A DNA stretch of 64,000 nucleotides from a virus (IMGVR_UViG_3300022555_000031:21611-85610); one strand, 5' to 3'. Positions 1-9,595 are shown, numbered from the stretch's first letter. Notes: generated from the sequence alone by a model not told the origin. Numbers and translations: made by a program.

Positions 1-15
1 GGTAAAGGAGGAATA

Positions 16-294
16 ATGGACACGGTCGTGACAGATACGGTTTTGCCAGGCAACGGAGACTGTAAGTATTGCGGAGAGACGGGCATTATCATTAGAAACG
101 AGAGGACTGACAAGAGAATCGTTATAACGCACATATGTTCACAATGTGGGGCTAAGCAGGCTGTGAGTGTCTACAAGTTCTCCCAGCCTGGGGAAAAGAA
201 TTCCGTCTACAGGGTTCCGACCAAAGAGTTGATAGACGAGGACAAGCTACTGGCAGAGTTTCATATCAACCCAAGGGATATTTTCGGAGTATAA
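16..294 (+). CDS. hypothetical protein, Zn-ribbon-like (CxxC pairs)
   Basis: GGAGG RBS before ATG; CKYC and CSQC motifs. Confidence 0.65.
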   Translation: MDTVVTDTVLPGNGDCKYCGETGIIIRNERTDKRIVITHICSQCGAKQAVSVYKFSQPGEKNSVYRVPTKELIDEDKLLAEFHINPRDIFGV

Positions 295-295
295 A

Positions 296-559
296 ATGGC
301 TGAGTATATAGATTTCATAGAACTACCACGCAACCCAGGGGCCGTAACATGGCAGTGGAAGGTTGTGAATAAGCAAAATGGCAGTGTAGTTGGCGGAATT
401 AAGTGGGAGAATGGGTGGAGGTGTTATTGTTTCCACCCGTCATTCCCAACGATATTTGAGCACGTATGCCTGGAAGATATCGCTTCGTTCTTAAAGAAGA
501 ACACCCAGGAGCAGAAGGATATGGCAACGTTGAGAAGGAAGACAGGATTGGCGGGATAA
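296..559 (+). CDS. hypothetical phage protein
   Basis: ORF tightly packed between its neighbours. Confidence 0.65.
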   Translation: MAEYIDFIELPRNPGAVTWQWKVVNKQNGSVVGGIKWENGWRCYCFHPSFPTIFEHVCLEDIASFLKKNTQEQKDMATLRRKTGLAG

Positions 560-792
560 TGACTGAAGTCTTGAATGACAACATAGGTACCCCCCAAGCC
601 ACCCCCCAAGTCATGTGTCAGGGGGTGGGTAGATGTAAGAACCCGATTTGTCGGCATGCGACAGAGCATACCCATTATGACGGGTGCAAGATAAAATGTT
701 TCGTCGGTGACGAGTGTGTGACTTGCGTTCCAGTGAATAATAATATAGTTATTAGACCTAAAAATCTGAAACGAGGGAGGAAAAATGCCTGA
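559..792 (+). CDS. small Cys/His-rich hypothetical protein
   Basis: ATG overlaps the upstream TAA (TAATG), so the start is more likely 559 than 466; overlaps the next gene. Confidence 0.55.
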   Translation: MTEVLNDNIGTPQATPQVMCQGVGRCKNPICRHATEHTHYDGCKIKCFVGDECVTCVPVNNNIVIRPKNLKRGRKNA

Positions 793-1795
793 TTCTGGCC
801 TTACGTTGGTGACGGAAGAATTTCTCCGAAAGGGGAATAACAAAGATTTACCGAACAGAACAGTTGCAAGGATGTTGTTTGAAAAGTATCCAAATTTATT
901 TAAGGGTATTGAGCAGGCGAGGAATGTGATTAGGTATGCCAGGGGAGCTTATGGTCAAGGGAAGGCAAAGCGTGAGGAAAGGAAGGATTTAATTCGTACA
1001 CCAGAACAGATTGAATCCTGGAAGAAAAGGTTTCCTAAGCCCGATGACGAGGGTTTTAAGTGGCATGACCTGCCGAGTAATATTAGCAAGTGGTTATTTC
1101 TTTATGATGTTCACGTCCCATTCTTTGACCGTGACGCCTTGATGGGAGCGATTAAAGAGGGTAAGCGTAGGGGTGTTGATGGTGTTTTCCTGGGTGGAGA
1201 TTTCTCAGACTGCTACCAGGGTTCGGATTTCGTCAAAGACCCACGCATAAGGTCTTACCCGTCCGAGGTCGAGATGGTGAAGGATATTCATAGCATGATA
1301 AACGAGATACTACGGCCCAAGGCTTTCTTTTGGAAGCTCGGGAACCATGAGGCGAGGATAGAGCGGTTGGTTATGAGTAAGGCTCCTGCACTTGTTGGGT
1401 TGAAGGGGTTGAGTTACGAGGAGATATATCAGGTTAAGGAGAGCGGTATCACTCTAATACCTCCTACGCATCCAGCAAGATACAAAGCATTAACGATTTT
1501 ACACGGGGACGAATATGGCGGGATATTGTCACCAGTAAATCCTGCGAGGGGGCTCTACTTAAAGGCGGGGGCCTGTACCGTTGGTGGTCATCTTCATGCG
1601 ACCTCAGAACATACCGCTTCAACGGTTCAAGGAAAGATAGTCACGTGCTGGAGTGTCGGGTGTCTTTCCAATCTTCACCCAAAGTATGCTCCACTGAATA
1701 AATGGAATCATGGGTTCGGAATGCTCGAGGTGAGCCAAACTGGCGGGATGTGGAAATTCCAGAACAAGCGGATAGTGGAGGGCGAGGTGGTATAA
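785..1795 (+). CDS. calcineurin-like metallophosphoesterase
   Basis: Motifs DVH, GDFSD, GNHE, ILHGD and GHLH in canonical order. Confidence 0.85.
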   Translation: MPDSGLTLVTEEFLRKGNNKDLPNRTVARMLFEKYPNLFKGIEQARNVIRYARGAYGQGKAKREERKDLIRTPEQIESWKKRFPKPDDEGFKWHDLPSNISKWLFLYDVHVPFFDRDALMGAIKEGKRRGVDGVFLGGDFSDCYQGSDFVKDPRIRSYPSEVEMVKDIHSMINEILRPKAFFWKLGNHEARIERLVMSKAPALVGLKGLSYEEIYQVKESGITLIPPTHPARYKALTILHGDEYGGILSPVNPARGLYLKAGACTVGGHLHATSEHTASTVQGKIVTCWSVGCLSNLHPKYAPLNKWNHGFGMLEVSQTGGMWKFQNKRIVEGEVV

Positions 1796-1930
1796 AAGTT
1801 ACACTGTGCGTAACGTTGACGGGTTGGGCGAACCATACGGAAAAACCAGATAGTTCAAAGTTTAGCACTGTGTTTTAGTTAACATCTATTGTGTTAATTT
1901 AGGTACAAATATAAACACAGCACGAGGAGG

Positions 1931-2179
1931 ATGGGCATGGCACATTGGAACAATTGGAGTATAAAGGTTTCAAGGGTTGAGAATGGGTATGTGTTGACTG
2001 TGCCCAAGTTAATAGGGGATATAGTTGATGGGGAGCAGGTTGATGTTGAAAGGGAAAGCGAGAGTGTGATTGAGGGGGAAGATACTGACACGCTTGTGCG
2101 AGTTTTGCAAGAGGTGAGAGATTATTTTGACAGCAATGCTAAGGTGATTATAAAGGAAAACATGTCGAAAAGGGGGTAA
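1931..2179 (+). CDS. hypothetical protein
   Basis: GAGGAGG RBS; codon pattern like the neighbours. Confidence 0.65.
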   Translation: MGMAHWNNWSIKVSRVENGYVLTVPKLIGDIVDGEQVDVERESESVIEGEDTDTLVRVLQEVRDYFDSNAKVIIKENMSKRG

Positions 2180-2181
2180 CA

Positions 2182-2748
2182 ATGGGAAGGTTCTATGTGT
2201 CATACGAGTTGTATGGGGACGGTTTTTTGACTGGTAAAAAGCATCCAGAGGAAGGGTACTATAAAACCCGTAGGACGGCCTGGAAGGCGTGCAAGTCTTT
2301 GGCTAAAAGGTTGAAGGGGAAGGGGTGCCACTTTGCGGTTGTCAACCACGACAATGTATCTGGTGACAACGACGGTTATTATATCGTCGGAAGGAAAGAG
2401 CCTCCCCCAGAGAAGCCAGCTAAGATGATAGCATACGTGGCTCATCCGTATAGGGCTAAGACCATTGATGAGATAGCCGAGAACATTTGGGATTCACGTA
2501 GGGTTGCGAAGAAATACTGGAAACAAGGATACGCCGTTATATGTCCATGTTTGAATTCTGCGTTCATGGATGGAGAAATAAAGGACAAGGATTTTATTGA
2601 AGGGGACCTGGTTCTGTTGAGCTATGCCGACCTCCTGGTGCTCTCGGGGGATTGGAAGAAGTCTACGGGGTGCATGGCCGAGCGGGAGTTTGCCAAGGTG
2701 CACGGGATGCCAATCCTGGATGACAATTTAAGCAAGGAGGAAAAATGA
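2182..2748 (+). CDS. nucleoside 2-deoxyribosyltransferase-like (DUF4406/DUF1937-type) domain protein
   Basis: AYVAHPY...VICP...DLVLL..AD.L....DW..STG..AE.E.AK..G.PI pattern. Confidence 0.7.
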   Translation: MGRFYVSYELYGDGFLTGKKHPEEGYYKTRRTAWKACKSLAKRLKGKGCHFAVVNHDNVSGDNDGYYIVGRKEPPPEKPAKMIAYVAHPYRAKTIDEIAENIWDSRRVAKKYWKQGYAVICPCLNSAFMDGEIKDKDFIEGDLVLLSYADLLVLSGDWKKSTGCMAEREFAKVHGMPILDDNLSKEEK

Positions 2749-3164
2749 GTCTAACGGCTGACTGCGGAGATTGTATACATGAGTATACGAAAACGTGTGT
2801 GAGTTGCTCGAACAGGGAGAAGCACGAGATGTCGATATTGCAGGGCATCGTTACACCACAGGTTCCACCTAAGCCAAAGAGTATTTTGGCAGAGGCCGAA
2901 TATCTTGTGAACGGTCCCCGCCAGGCGAATTACGGAGACCCGACGGAGTGCATGCAGAGGACGGTGGACATTTTCTATGCCATCACGGGTATCAGGCTTG
3001 AGGCCCAACATGCCCCCCTATTTAACCTGGCACAGAAGCTGGCCAGGGAAAGGGTAGTTTACAAGAGAGACAATCCACGGGACATGGCTGGGTATTTGTT
3101 AATCTACAACGGTATCATGGAGAGGAAGGCTGGCATAAATACAAACGAAATAGTGCCAGAGTAA
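2745..3164 (+). CDS. DUF6378-like protein
   Basis: SILAEAEYLVNGPRQANYGDP...KLARE...KRDN..DMAGY pattern. Confidence 0.7.
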   Translation: MSLTADCGDCIHEYTKTCVSCSNREKHEMSILQGIVTPQVPPKPKSILAEAEYLVNGPRQANYGDPTECMQRTVDIFYAITGIRLEAQHAPLFNLAQKLARERVVYKRDNPRDMAGYLLIYNGIMERKAGINTNEIVPE

Positions 3165-3197
3165 ACACTTATTCGAGGGAATAAATGTGGAGAGGCA

Positions 3198-3632
3198 ATG
3201 GCGATAGTAATAAGGGATGATAGGGGTGTTTGCGAACGTGTTATCAGGGCGACACTCAACTATATCGGTGCGGGATTGGGTGTTCCGTTGCCACAGGGTT
3301 GCAGGATTGTTTATGAGTATCTAATGCGAGTGGACCCGCTTTGCCGTTGTTCCCAGGTATTGACGTGGAATGGTAACGAGAACGATATAGTGTTGTTTCT
3401 CCGCTGGTTGCAGAGAGTTACAATGCCCCCGAGCAATGATGATAGGTTGGAGAGAATGACTGAGGATAGGGAGAGGGTGGTGGAGCGTATGTTGAGGGAG
3501 CATCAATACAGCCAGGAGCAAATTGAGAGAGCATGGTTAAGTAACAGGCTGAGGGAAGGGGGATATACGGAGGCCCAAATTGCAATAGCAACCAGCCCAA
3601 TCACTACTATGGTTTCAACTGTTACAGCTTAA
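3198..3632 (+). CDS. hypothetical protein
   Basis: 144-aa ORF with GAGG RBS. Confidence 0.6.
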   Translation: MAIVIRDDRGVCERVIRATLNYIGAGLGVPLPQGCRIVYEYLMRVDPLCRCSQVLTWNGNENDIVLFLRWLQRVTMPPSNDDRLERMTEDRERVVERMLREHQYSQEQIERAWLSNRLREGGYTEAQIAIATSPITTMVSTVTA

Positions 3633-3643
3633 AGGAGGCTATA

Positions 3644-4498
3644 ATGATACCAGAAGTTAATCCAGTTAAAAGATATTACGGCTTAAAAAAGCAAAAGGTA
3701 GATGCACGGGATTACATATACAAAGCACCGATGGCGGTCGTAGTTGCACTGCCGAAGAAAGTCAGCCTGACGCTCTACGATTCCCCTATAGAGAACCAGG
3801 GTGGGCTTGGAGCTTGCACAGCCTTTGCAACCTGCGGGGCCATGCAGTTGCTCGAGATTAAACAAGGGGCTCCAGGGTTCAAACTACTCGCCTTCATTGA
3901 ACTCGGTTTTATGAAAGTCGCACGGGCCGTCCTGAACTTCTTCCGCATAATCAATTGGTATGCGGGTAACCTGAGCAAGTTATTCGTTTACTACAATGCA
4001 CGGGCGATAGAAGGCACAGCGGACTCAGACAGCGGGGCAGAGCTCCGTGACGTCATTAAAGGGGTAGTAACCTACGGAGCGTGTAATGAACAGGACTGGT
4101 GGTATAACGAACCTGCTGTCACGCTTCAGCCATCACTGGTGGCCTATTCTGATGCCAAGAAAAATATCCTAAAGGAATACAGGGCACTTGAGACTCTTGA
4201 CGATATGAGGGGTTGCTTGGCCGACGGTTCACCCTTCGTGTTTGGTTTCATCGTCTACAACTCGTTTGAGTTTGGCTCAATCAACCAGACTGGTATAGTT
4301 GAGATGCCGAAGGACGGTGAGGCAATAATAGCCTCGCATGGTGTATGCTGTGTGGGTTATGACGATAACAAGAAACTATTTAAGTGCAGGAACTCGTGGG
4401 GAAATAAGTGGGGCAAGGGCGGTTATTTTTATATGCCTTACGACTATATTACAAAATACGGCTTCGATTTCTGGATGCTGAAAATGGAGGGAAAATGA
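3644..4498 (+). CDS. papain-like cysteine peptidase (C1A family)
   Basis: QGGLGACTAF (oxyanion Gln and catalytic Cys), SHGVCCVGY (His), RNSWG..WG..GYF (Asn). Confidence 0.9.
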   Translation: MIPEVNPVKRYYGLKKQKVDARDYIYKAPMAVVVALPKKVSLTLYDSPIENQGGLGACTAFATCGAMQLLEIKQGAPGFKLLAFIELGFMKVARAVLNFFRIINWYAGNLSKLFVYYNARAIEGTADSDSGAELRDVIKGVVTYGACNEQDWWYNEPAVTLQPSLVAYSDAKKNILKEYRALETLDDMRGCLADGSPFVFGFIVYNSFEFGSINQTGIVEMPKDGEAIIASHGVCCVGYDDNKKLFKCRNSWGNKWGKGGYFYMPYDYITKYGFDFWMLKMEGK

Positions 4499-4779
4499 GT
4501 AACGATAATTTGGGTTCGGGATTGGAATGGTTGGAGGAGCACGCAGAGCTCAAGGTGGCGGATTTATTGCCCTGTCCTTTTTGCGGGGAGGACACCTATA
4601 AGAGCATAGAACATACGCACAACGCTTATTGGTGGGCGAAGTGTGAGCAGTGCGGTGCCCAGGTGGATTCGGATTACAATCCAAGGTACAGCAATTCTCG
4701 CAGTGCGAACGTGAAGTCGATAGACAGGGCGATTGAGATGTGGAATACAAGGAACGGAGTTAAATCCAAACGCAAATAA
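4495..4779 (+). CDS. Lar-family restriction-alleviation-like Zn-finger protein
   Basis: LLPCPFCG...CEQCGA...AIEMWNTR pattern; ATGA overlap with the upstream stop. Confidence 0.7.
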   Translation: MSNDNLGSGLEWLEEHAELKVADLLPCPFCGEDTYKSIEHTHNAYWWAKCEQCGAQVDSDYNPRYSNSRSANVKSIDRAIEMWNTRNGVKSKRK

Positions 4780-4792
4780 CAAAGGAGGCCAT

Positions 4793-5122
4793 ATGGCTTA
4801 CAAGGGAGTTCTACAGTTTCAGAATCCAGTATTCAACAAAGGTGTCAACACGACCGTCAGGAACGGACTAAAGTGGTCTGGCCTGAGACCAGGGGATACG
4901 GTTGAGGTCAGGAGGCCCCCGACACCAGTAGACGACGCATGGTTTACGGGAACGATATCCAAGGTGACGATACTGAAGTTTAAGGATATCGACAACAGCC
5001 TACTGAAGAAGGAGCACGACCCAGCCTGCAGGAACACAAAGGGCCTGCTCAAGGTGATGAAGCAGGTCTACGCTGGCTTCACGAAGGATAACGTGGTAGT
5101 GGTTATAGACTTCACGGTTTAA
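4793..5122 (+). CDS. ASCH/PUA-like domain protein
   Basis: G.NTTVR...GD.V...F.DI...L...Y.......V.VIDF pattern; GGAGG RBS gives a start at 4793. Confidence 0.65.
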   Translation: MAYKGVLQFQNPVFNKGVNTTVRNGLKWSGLRPGDTVEVRRPPTPVDDAWFTGTISKVTILKFKDIDNSLLKKEHDPACRNTKGLLKVMKQVYAGFTKDNVVVVIDFTV

Positions 5123-5131
5123 GGGGTAAGG

Positions 5132-5341
5132 ATGTTCTGTAAATGTGGCAGACAATATGAGACCTCGGCTATAACCTCAGCCCAACTCACCTATGATGGC
5201 AATGGGGAGTTGATATACGAGGTCTGCCAACACGGCCAGGTTGTCGTAGATAAAAGGCCGTGGACGAAAGAGATGTCGGAAGAGAAATCGAGACAGGCGG
5301 ATAAGTGGGAGCGTAGGGGTAGAAAGGAGGGGTGGATATGA
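5132..5341 (+). CDS. hypothetical protein
   Basis: Packed ORF. Confidence 0.55.
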   Translation: MFCKCGRQYETSAITSAQLTYDGNGELIYEVCQHGQVVVDKRPWTKEMSEEKSRQADKWERRGRKEGWI

Positions 5342-5811
5342 GCGAGAAAACTTGTGAGAATTGTGGGGCAGATAAGAGCAAGGAAGTCTGCACTGATTGT
5401 GGCATGGATGTATCGAACGGCCCAGAGCCGATGTATATTCTTACCCGATGGGAACCAAAGGGAGATTACCACGCAAAGCAGATGGCCACGATAGAAATGT
5501 TCATGGATGATTTAACCACGGTGAACAGGATGGAACTTTTGTCTTTGATAAATAGGGCAGAGGTTGAGGGTGAGCGGAAGGCCAAGGAGAAGGCGTCTGT
5601 GGATTATATGGCCAAGAGCGAGCAATGGCACGCCGACGGTTGGGCTGATTATAGGGAGATGGTTAGGGGTGTAATTGAATTGATGAAGGAAGAGACCGTG
5701 TCATATGGAAGCATGGAACATCCACCACATGGTGTGTTGGGTGAACATAAATTGGCACACTGGAATAATAGTGTGTTGGATGAATTATTACGCAGGCTGG
5801 AGGGGAAATGA
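5338..5811 (+). CDS. hypothetical protein
   Basis: ATGA overlap with the upstream gene; N-terminal CxxC pairs. Confidence 0.6.
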   Translation: MSEKTCENCGADKSKEVCTDCGMDVSNGPEPMYILTRWEPKGDYHAKQMATIEMFMDDLTTVNRMELLSLINRAEVEGERKAKEKASVDYMAKSEQWHADGWADYREMVRGVIELMKEETVSYGSMEHPPHGVLGEHKLAHWNNSVLDELLRRLEGK

Positions 5812-6107
5812 CCGACGAAGAGTTCAGTAAGAAGCGAGCGGAACTGATAGACTGGATAATGCAGAGGATAGATGACTCAGCATTCTGGTATGGCGGAGCT
5901 GTTAACAAGGCGAACGAGTTGGTGGACCTGGCATATAGGCAGGGTTGGGAGAAGATGAAAGCAAAGGTAATTGAGGCGATAGACTTGTGCCCACTGGACC
6001 TGGTGGAAGAAGGGATGACAACGGAAGGTGACAGTAAAAAAATCGTTCATGCGGTAAGGGTGGATGATTTGAAATCGGCGATAGGGAAAATACAGGAGGG
6101 GCTATGA
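5808..6107 (+). CDS. hypothetical protein
   Basis: ATGA overlap; RBS. Confidence 0.6.
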   Translation: MTDEEFSKKRAELIDWIMQRIDDSAFWYGGAVNKANELVDLAYRQGWEKMKAKVIEAIDLCPLDLVEEGMTTEGDSKKIVHAVRVDDLKSAIGKIQEGL

Positions 6108-6298
6108 AGCTAACGATATACCAGGACGATGATGAGTGTAAGGATTTGATTGAGGAGTATGGTATAAGGAAAGTGAAGCGAGCAATCGAGAACAAGATAT
6201 ACGATGTCATAGGGAGAACAAAGTACGAGTGGGACATGGATGCTTATATTAAGAATGCAATAAAACGAGACGCAACAAAAGGAGGAACAAATGAGTGA
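6104..6298 (+). CDS. hypothetical protein
   Basis: ATGA overlap; RBS. Confidence 0.6.
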   Translation: MKLTIYQDDDECKDLIEEYGIRKVKRAIENKIYDVIGRTKYEWDMDAYIKNAIKRDATKGGTNE

Positions 6299-7061
6299 AT
6301 GTATGGGAACAGACGATTGCACGTGTCTAAAGTGTGCTACGTACAAGCAAGGTTATGAAGCGGGGTATGTGAAGGGTAAGATTGATGGGCAGAAAGGGGT
6401 TGAGCGTAATTTCACGGTAAGTGCGAAGGCGGTGCCCAATGTGGGGATGGATGGCCAGGTGTATGATTATCCGTTTTCGTGCAACGTTTGTATTAACGGT
6501 GTAACCAGCGGGGCGATTGGTTGCCGAACCGAAGCCCAGGCCCAATTCATTGCCGACAAAATCAATGCCGATACAGACAAGTTAAAGGCGGAGATTGACC
6601 AACTGAGGGTCCAGCTTGCTGGCTGTGGCGTAGCGTCATTGGGATATGCGACAGGGAACAACGACTGCAAGAAAGGCGACTACGGGTGGTCGGCGTCGTT
6701 TCGGGACTGCAAGGGCCTATGGGAGAAGTACACGGCGTTAAAAGCAGACATGGATACATTGATAGACATTACGGTAAGAACGTTGACCAATGTAGTGAAG
6801 GGACTTGAGGCAAATGAAGGGAGAGTGGCAGAGTCCTACCAGGAGGGGTTGAAGGATGGCAAAGAACTACTCTCTGGTCCAACACGTGTCAAAGCGTTTA
6901 ACACTGGAAGGGAGAAGGGGGTAATGGATGAGCGTGACAGGATATGGGGTGCGATTGACAAGCACGAAGGGTTGGCAAACTCCCTGGACCGTCTGGGTAG
7001 GGAGTGGTTGAAGGAGATAATTTTGGTAAGCAATGAGCCAGGGGTTAAGCGTGGAGCATAG
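6291..7061 (+). CDS. hypothetical protein with coiled-coil segments
   Basis: GGAGG RBS; 256-aa ORF. Confidence 0.65.
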   Translation: MSECMGTDDCTCLKCATYKQGYEAGYVKGKIDGQKGVERNFTVSAKAVPNVGMDGQVYDYPFSCNVCINGVTSGAIGCRTEAQAQFIADKINADTDKLKAEIDQLRVQLAGCGVASLGYATGNNDCKKGDYGWSASFRDCKGLWEKYTALKADMDTLIDITVRTLTNVVKGLEANEGRVAESYQEGLKDGKELLSGPTRVKAFNTGREKGVMDERDRIWGAIDKHEGLANSLDRLGREWLKEIILVSNEPGVKRGA

Positions 7062-7320
7062 GGGGTTTATGTGTACCAAGACGCCCTTGATGATACCGAC
7101 CCACAGCAAGAGTTGGACGAGGCGTGGGGCACGGAGTTCGTGTAGCACGTTTCACATTTGATACAAGTTTGTATGGTATGTGAAAAGCCAACTTGTAAGG
7201 AAAGTAGATAAGTTGCCTATACGATGGAAGTATGGGATTATAGCAGATTATATACGATAGTATCGTATAGGGTGAAATCTGATAATAATCAAAAATGATT
7301 ACTTAGAGGAATGGGAGGAG

Positions 7321-8142
7321 TTGATGGCTGTGGCGAAGGGAGAGGTATATTTTGATTTGATAGGAAAGGTTGGGTATGCGAGCCACATGAAGAGGCTTAA
7401 TTTATCGTTCCTGGAAACTGTTATTTTGGTTGGGATGTTGGAGCAATATGGGTTTCATGCGGACTGGTTGGCGATTGATGCTATACGCAACAAGATTAAG
7501 CAATTGGCTGGCCAAAAGAATGGCAAGAGCGTGAACAGGGTGGCGATTAGAAGTTTAAGGCAAAGTGTCAGGGTCTATGAGGTGGGATTGAGGTATTTTT
7601 TCAGTCCCATTTGTTCGGATGCGTTAAACCTGAGTTACTATATCGACAGTGAGTCTACGGATTTTTGGGGTTTTAATTTGCAAGAAATAGTTAATGGTCT
7701 GGTTAGAAAGGGAATGTGTAGGATTAACAATGATGGTTGTATCAAAATACCAAAATCTGTTTGCCGTAAATATTTAGAAGCATATGGGTGTGCATCTGAT
7801 GAAGACACGGATTTATCTGCGAGCGAGAAGATGGAGAAGGATTCAAGGCAGTTTGTTTATGTTGTTGAAAAATCTGGTATGCACAAGATTGGCAGGTCCC
7901 GTAACGTAAGGGATAGGGTAATGGCTCTTCAGATTGGTATGCCTGGGGAAATTAAAATAATAAAATCTTTTCGAGTCAGGGATGCGGTTGGCGTTGAGGG
8001 CCATTTACATCGGGTATACAAACATAAGTGTGTGACTGGCGAGTGGTTTAACCTGGATAGTAAGGATGTGTCGGAGATTGACCAACACGTTGAGAGTGTT
8101 GATGCTGAGGCGGTGTGTGTGCCTTTTGGTGGTGAGGAGTAA
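7321..8142 (+). CDS. T5orf172/MUG113-like (GIY-YIG-related) domain protein
   Basis: C-terminal FVYVV....MHKIGRS.NV.DR...LQ.G.P...VE..LH..Y.......GEWF.L pattern; starts at TTG or the next ATG with a GGAGG RBS. Confidence 0.75.
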   Translation: MMAVAKGEVYFDLIGKVGYASHMKRLNLSFLETVILVGMLEQYGFHADWLAIDAIRNKIKQLAGQKNGKSVNRVAIRSLRQSVRVYEVGLRYFFSPICSDALNLSYYIDSESTDFWGFNLQEIVNGLVRKGMCRINNDGCIKIPKSVCRKYLEAYGCASDEDTDLSASEKMEKDSRQFVYVVEKSGMHKIGRSRNVRDRVMALQIGMPGEIKIIKSFRVRDAVGVEGHLHRVYKHKCVTGEWFNLDSKDVSEIDQHVESVDAEAVCVPFGGEE

Positions 8143-8207
8143 GGCTACTGTATTTACGCAGAATGTGACATAAGAGGTTACATTCTACATAATGGAGGGA
8201 GGGAAAA

Positions 8208-8408
8208 ATGGGAAGCAAACTTGGACCAAGACCGTTGGAAGATATAATGCTGGAGGCAGAAGCAAATGAGTGCTTAAAGGCCGATGGGTTTGATGACCGC
8301 GTCCTGGGGATATGCTATTAATTCGGAGAACAACCGAAGCTGGCGTATAACTACAGGAAGGTTCTAACTGCTTATGAAAATCCAACAAAATCAAAAGAAA
8401 TCGGTTAA
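8208..8408 (+). pseudogene. frameshifted remnant of a small phage gene (ADGFDD..LG type)
   Basis: LKADGFDDRVLGYAI continues in another frame as FGEQPKLAYNYRKVL; it ends where the methylase cassette begins. Confidence 0.4.
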
Positions 8409-8414
8409 AATCAC

Positions 8415-8442
8415 TTGCTTTTTAACTAGAATGTAGTATATT
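8415..8442 (+). promoter_or_regulatory. putative sigma70 promoter of the methylase cassette
   Basis: TTGCTT-16 nt-TATATT upstream of the AAGGAG RBS. Confidence 0.45.
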
Positions 8443-8455
8443 TAAGGAGTGAAAT

Positions 8456-8635
8456 ATGAAAGTCATAAAGGTAACGAAAGAGTATTTCGAAACAGAGGAC
8501 GAGAAGGTTTATTTCTTCGAGCCTTTGGAAAAAGAAATATCCGTTGAGGATATGCAGAAGATTGTGGACGCAAACGAGAAATTAGTTAAGGAGTTGAAAT
8601 TATGTGGGGATACTACGGAAGCAAGTCAAAAATAG
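8456..8635 (+). CDS. small acidic/basic hypothetical protein (59 aa)
   Basis: Translated by hand; AAGGAG RBS; overlaps the methylase start. Confidence 0.5.
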   Translation: MKVIKVTKEYFETEDEKVYFFEPLEKEISVEDMQKIVDANEKLVKELKLCGDTTEASQK

Positions 8636-9282
8636 TCAAGTATTACCCTGCTCCCAAGTATGGCACTATTATTGAGCCATTTGCAGGAACAGCACAATAC
8701 GCTTTAATGTATTGGGACAGGGATGTAATCCTAATAGAAAAGTATGATGTTATATGCAACTTGTGGAAATGGCTTCAAAAATGCTCTAAAGCCGACATTC
8801 TATCTATTCGTCAGTTGAAATGTGGGGAAAACACAGATGACTTTAAGTGGGATTGCCAAGAGCAGAAAGATTTGGTGGGATTTATCATTACTGGTGCTCC
8901 ATCCACGCCAAAAAAGACAGCCTCTCGATGGAAAACAGTTGTTAGACCGAATACTCAACAATTTAGATTAGAGTCAATCGCAAACAACTTGGAGAAAATA
9001 CGACATTGGAAAGTCATTTGTGGTGACTACGAGAAAGAATCCCCCAGTATTGAAGCAACTTGGTTTGTTGACCCACCTTATGTTGTCGGTGGCAAGTATT
9101 ACAAATACGGGTGCAATGCCATTGATTATCAACATCTCGGAGATTGGTGCAAACAACTAAGAGGACAAGTAATAGTATGCGAAGCGGAAGGACAAAAGTG
9201 GCTTCCGTTTGAGCCTCTTGTTTCATCCAGAGGGAACAAATACCAACATAAAGAGGCTATTTGGACAAATGAAAATCTATAA
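8602..9282 (+). CDS. DNA adenine methyltransferase (Dam/D12 class)
   Basis: YYGSKS..., IEPFAG (motif I), FVDPPY (motif IV). Confidence 0.85.
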   Translation: MWGYYGSKSKIVKYYPAPKYGTIIEPFAGTAQYALMYWDRDVILIEKYDVICNLWKWLQKCSKADILSIRQLKCGENTDDFKWDCQEQKDLVGFIITGAPSTPKKTASRWKTVVRPNTQQFRLESIANNLEKIRHWKVICGDYEKESPSIEATWFVDPPYVVGGKYYKYGCNAIDYQHLGDWCKQLRGQVIVCEAEGQKWLPFEPLVSSRGNKYQHKEAIWTNENL

Positions 9283-9595
9283 AATCACAGCTGTCGGAGA
9301 GGGGACGCCAGTGTTTGTGGAAGTCGGAACTCCCGAGAGGAGGAAGGGTGGCAAGAAAAGAAACAGTTAAGTTAATTGTTGTGGTGTGGAAGATAGGTGA
9401 CAGCCTGGCAATGCTGGAGACATTTGCGGACCCATGCAAGGCGAACAGCAGGAAGGAAGAGTTGATAGCGAGGGCAGTGATGATGGGGGAGTGCCATGAT
9501 GTAAGGCTCTCAAGCCTGGAGTATGAGCTGGATACAACCCCGAGGTCGCAGTGGTAGGTGGATACTTTTTATGTCTAAATAGTTCTTGTTGAATA

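Noticed and set aside
7059-7145. Possible TAG recoding (ORF 6291 stays open for 27 codons after its TAG)
   Set aside because: Multi-kb ORFs are intact under code 11 with no internal TAG, and gene overlaps fit standard stops
9315-9557. 80-aa ORF before the late promoter
   Set aside because: No convincing RBS or motif; possibly a decayed gene, so not called
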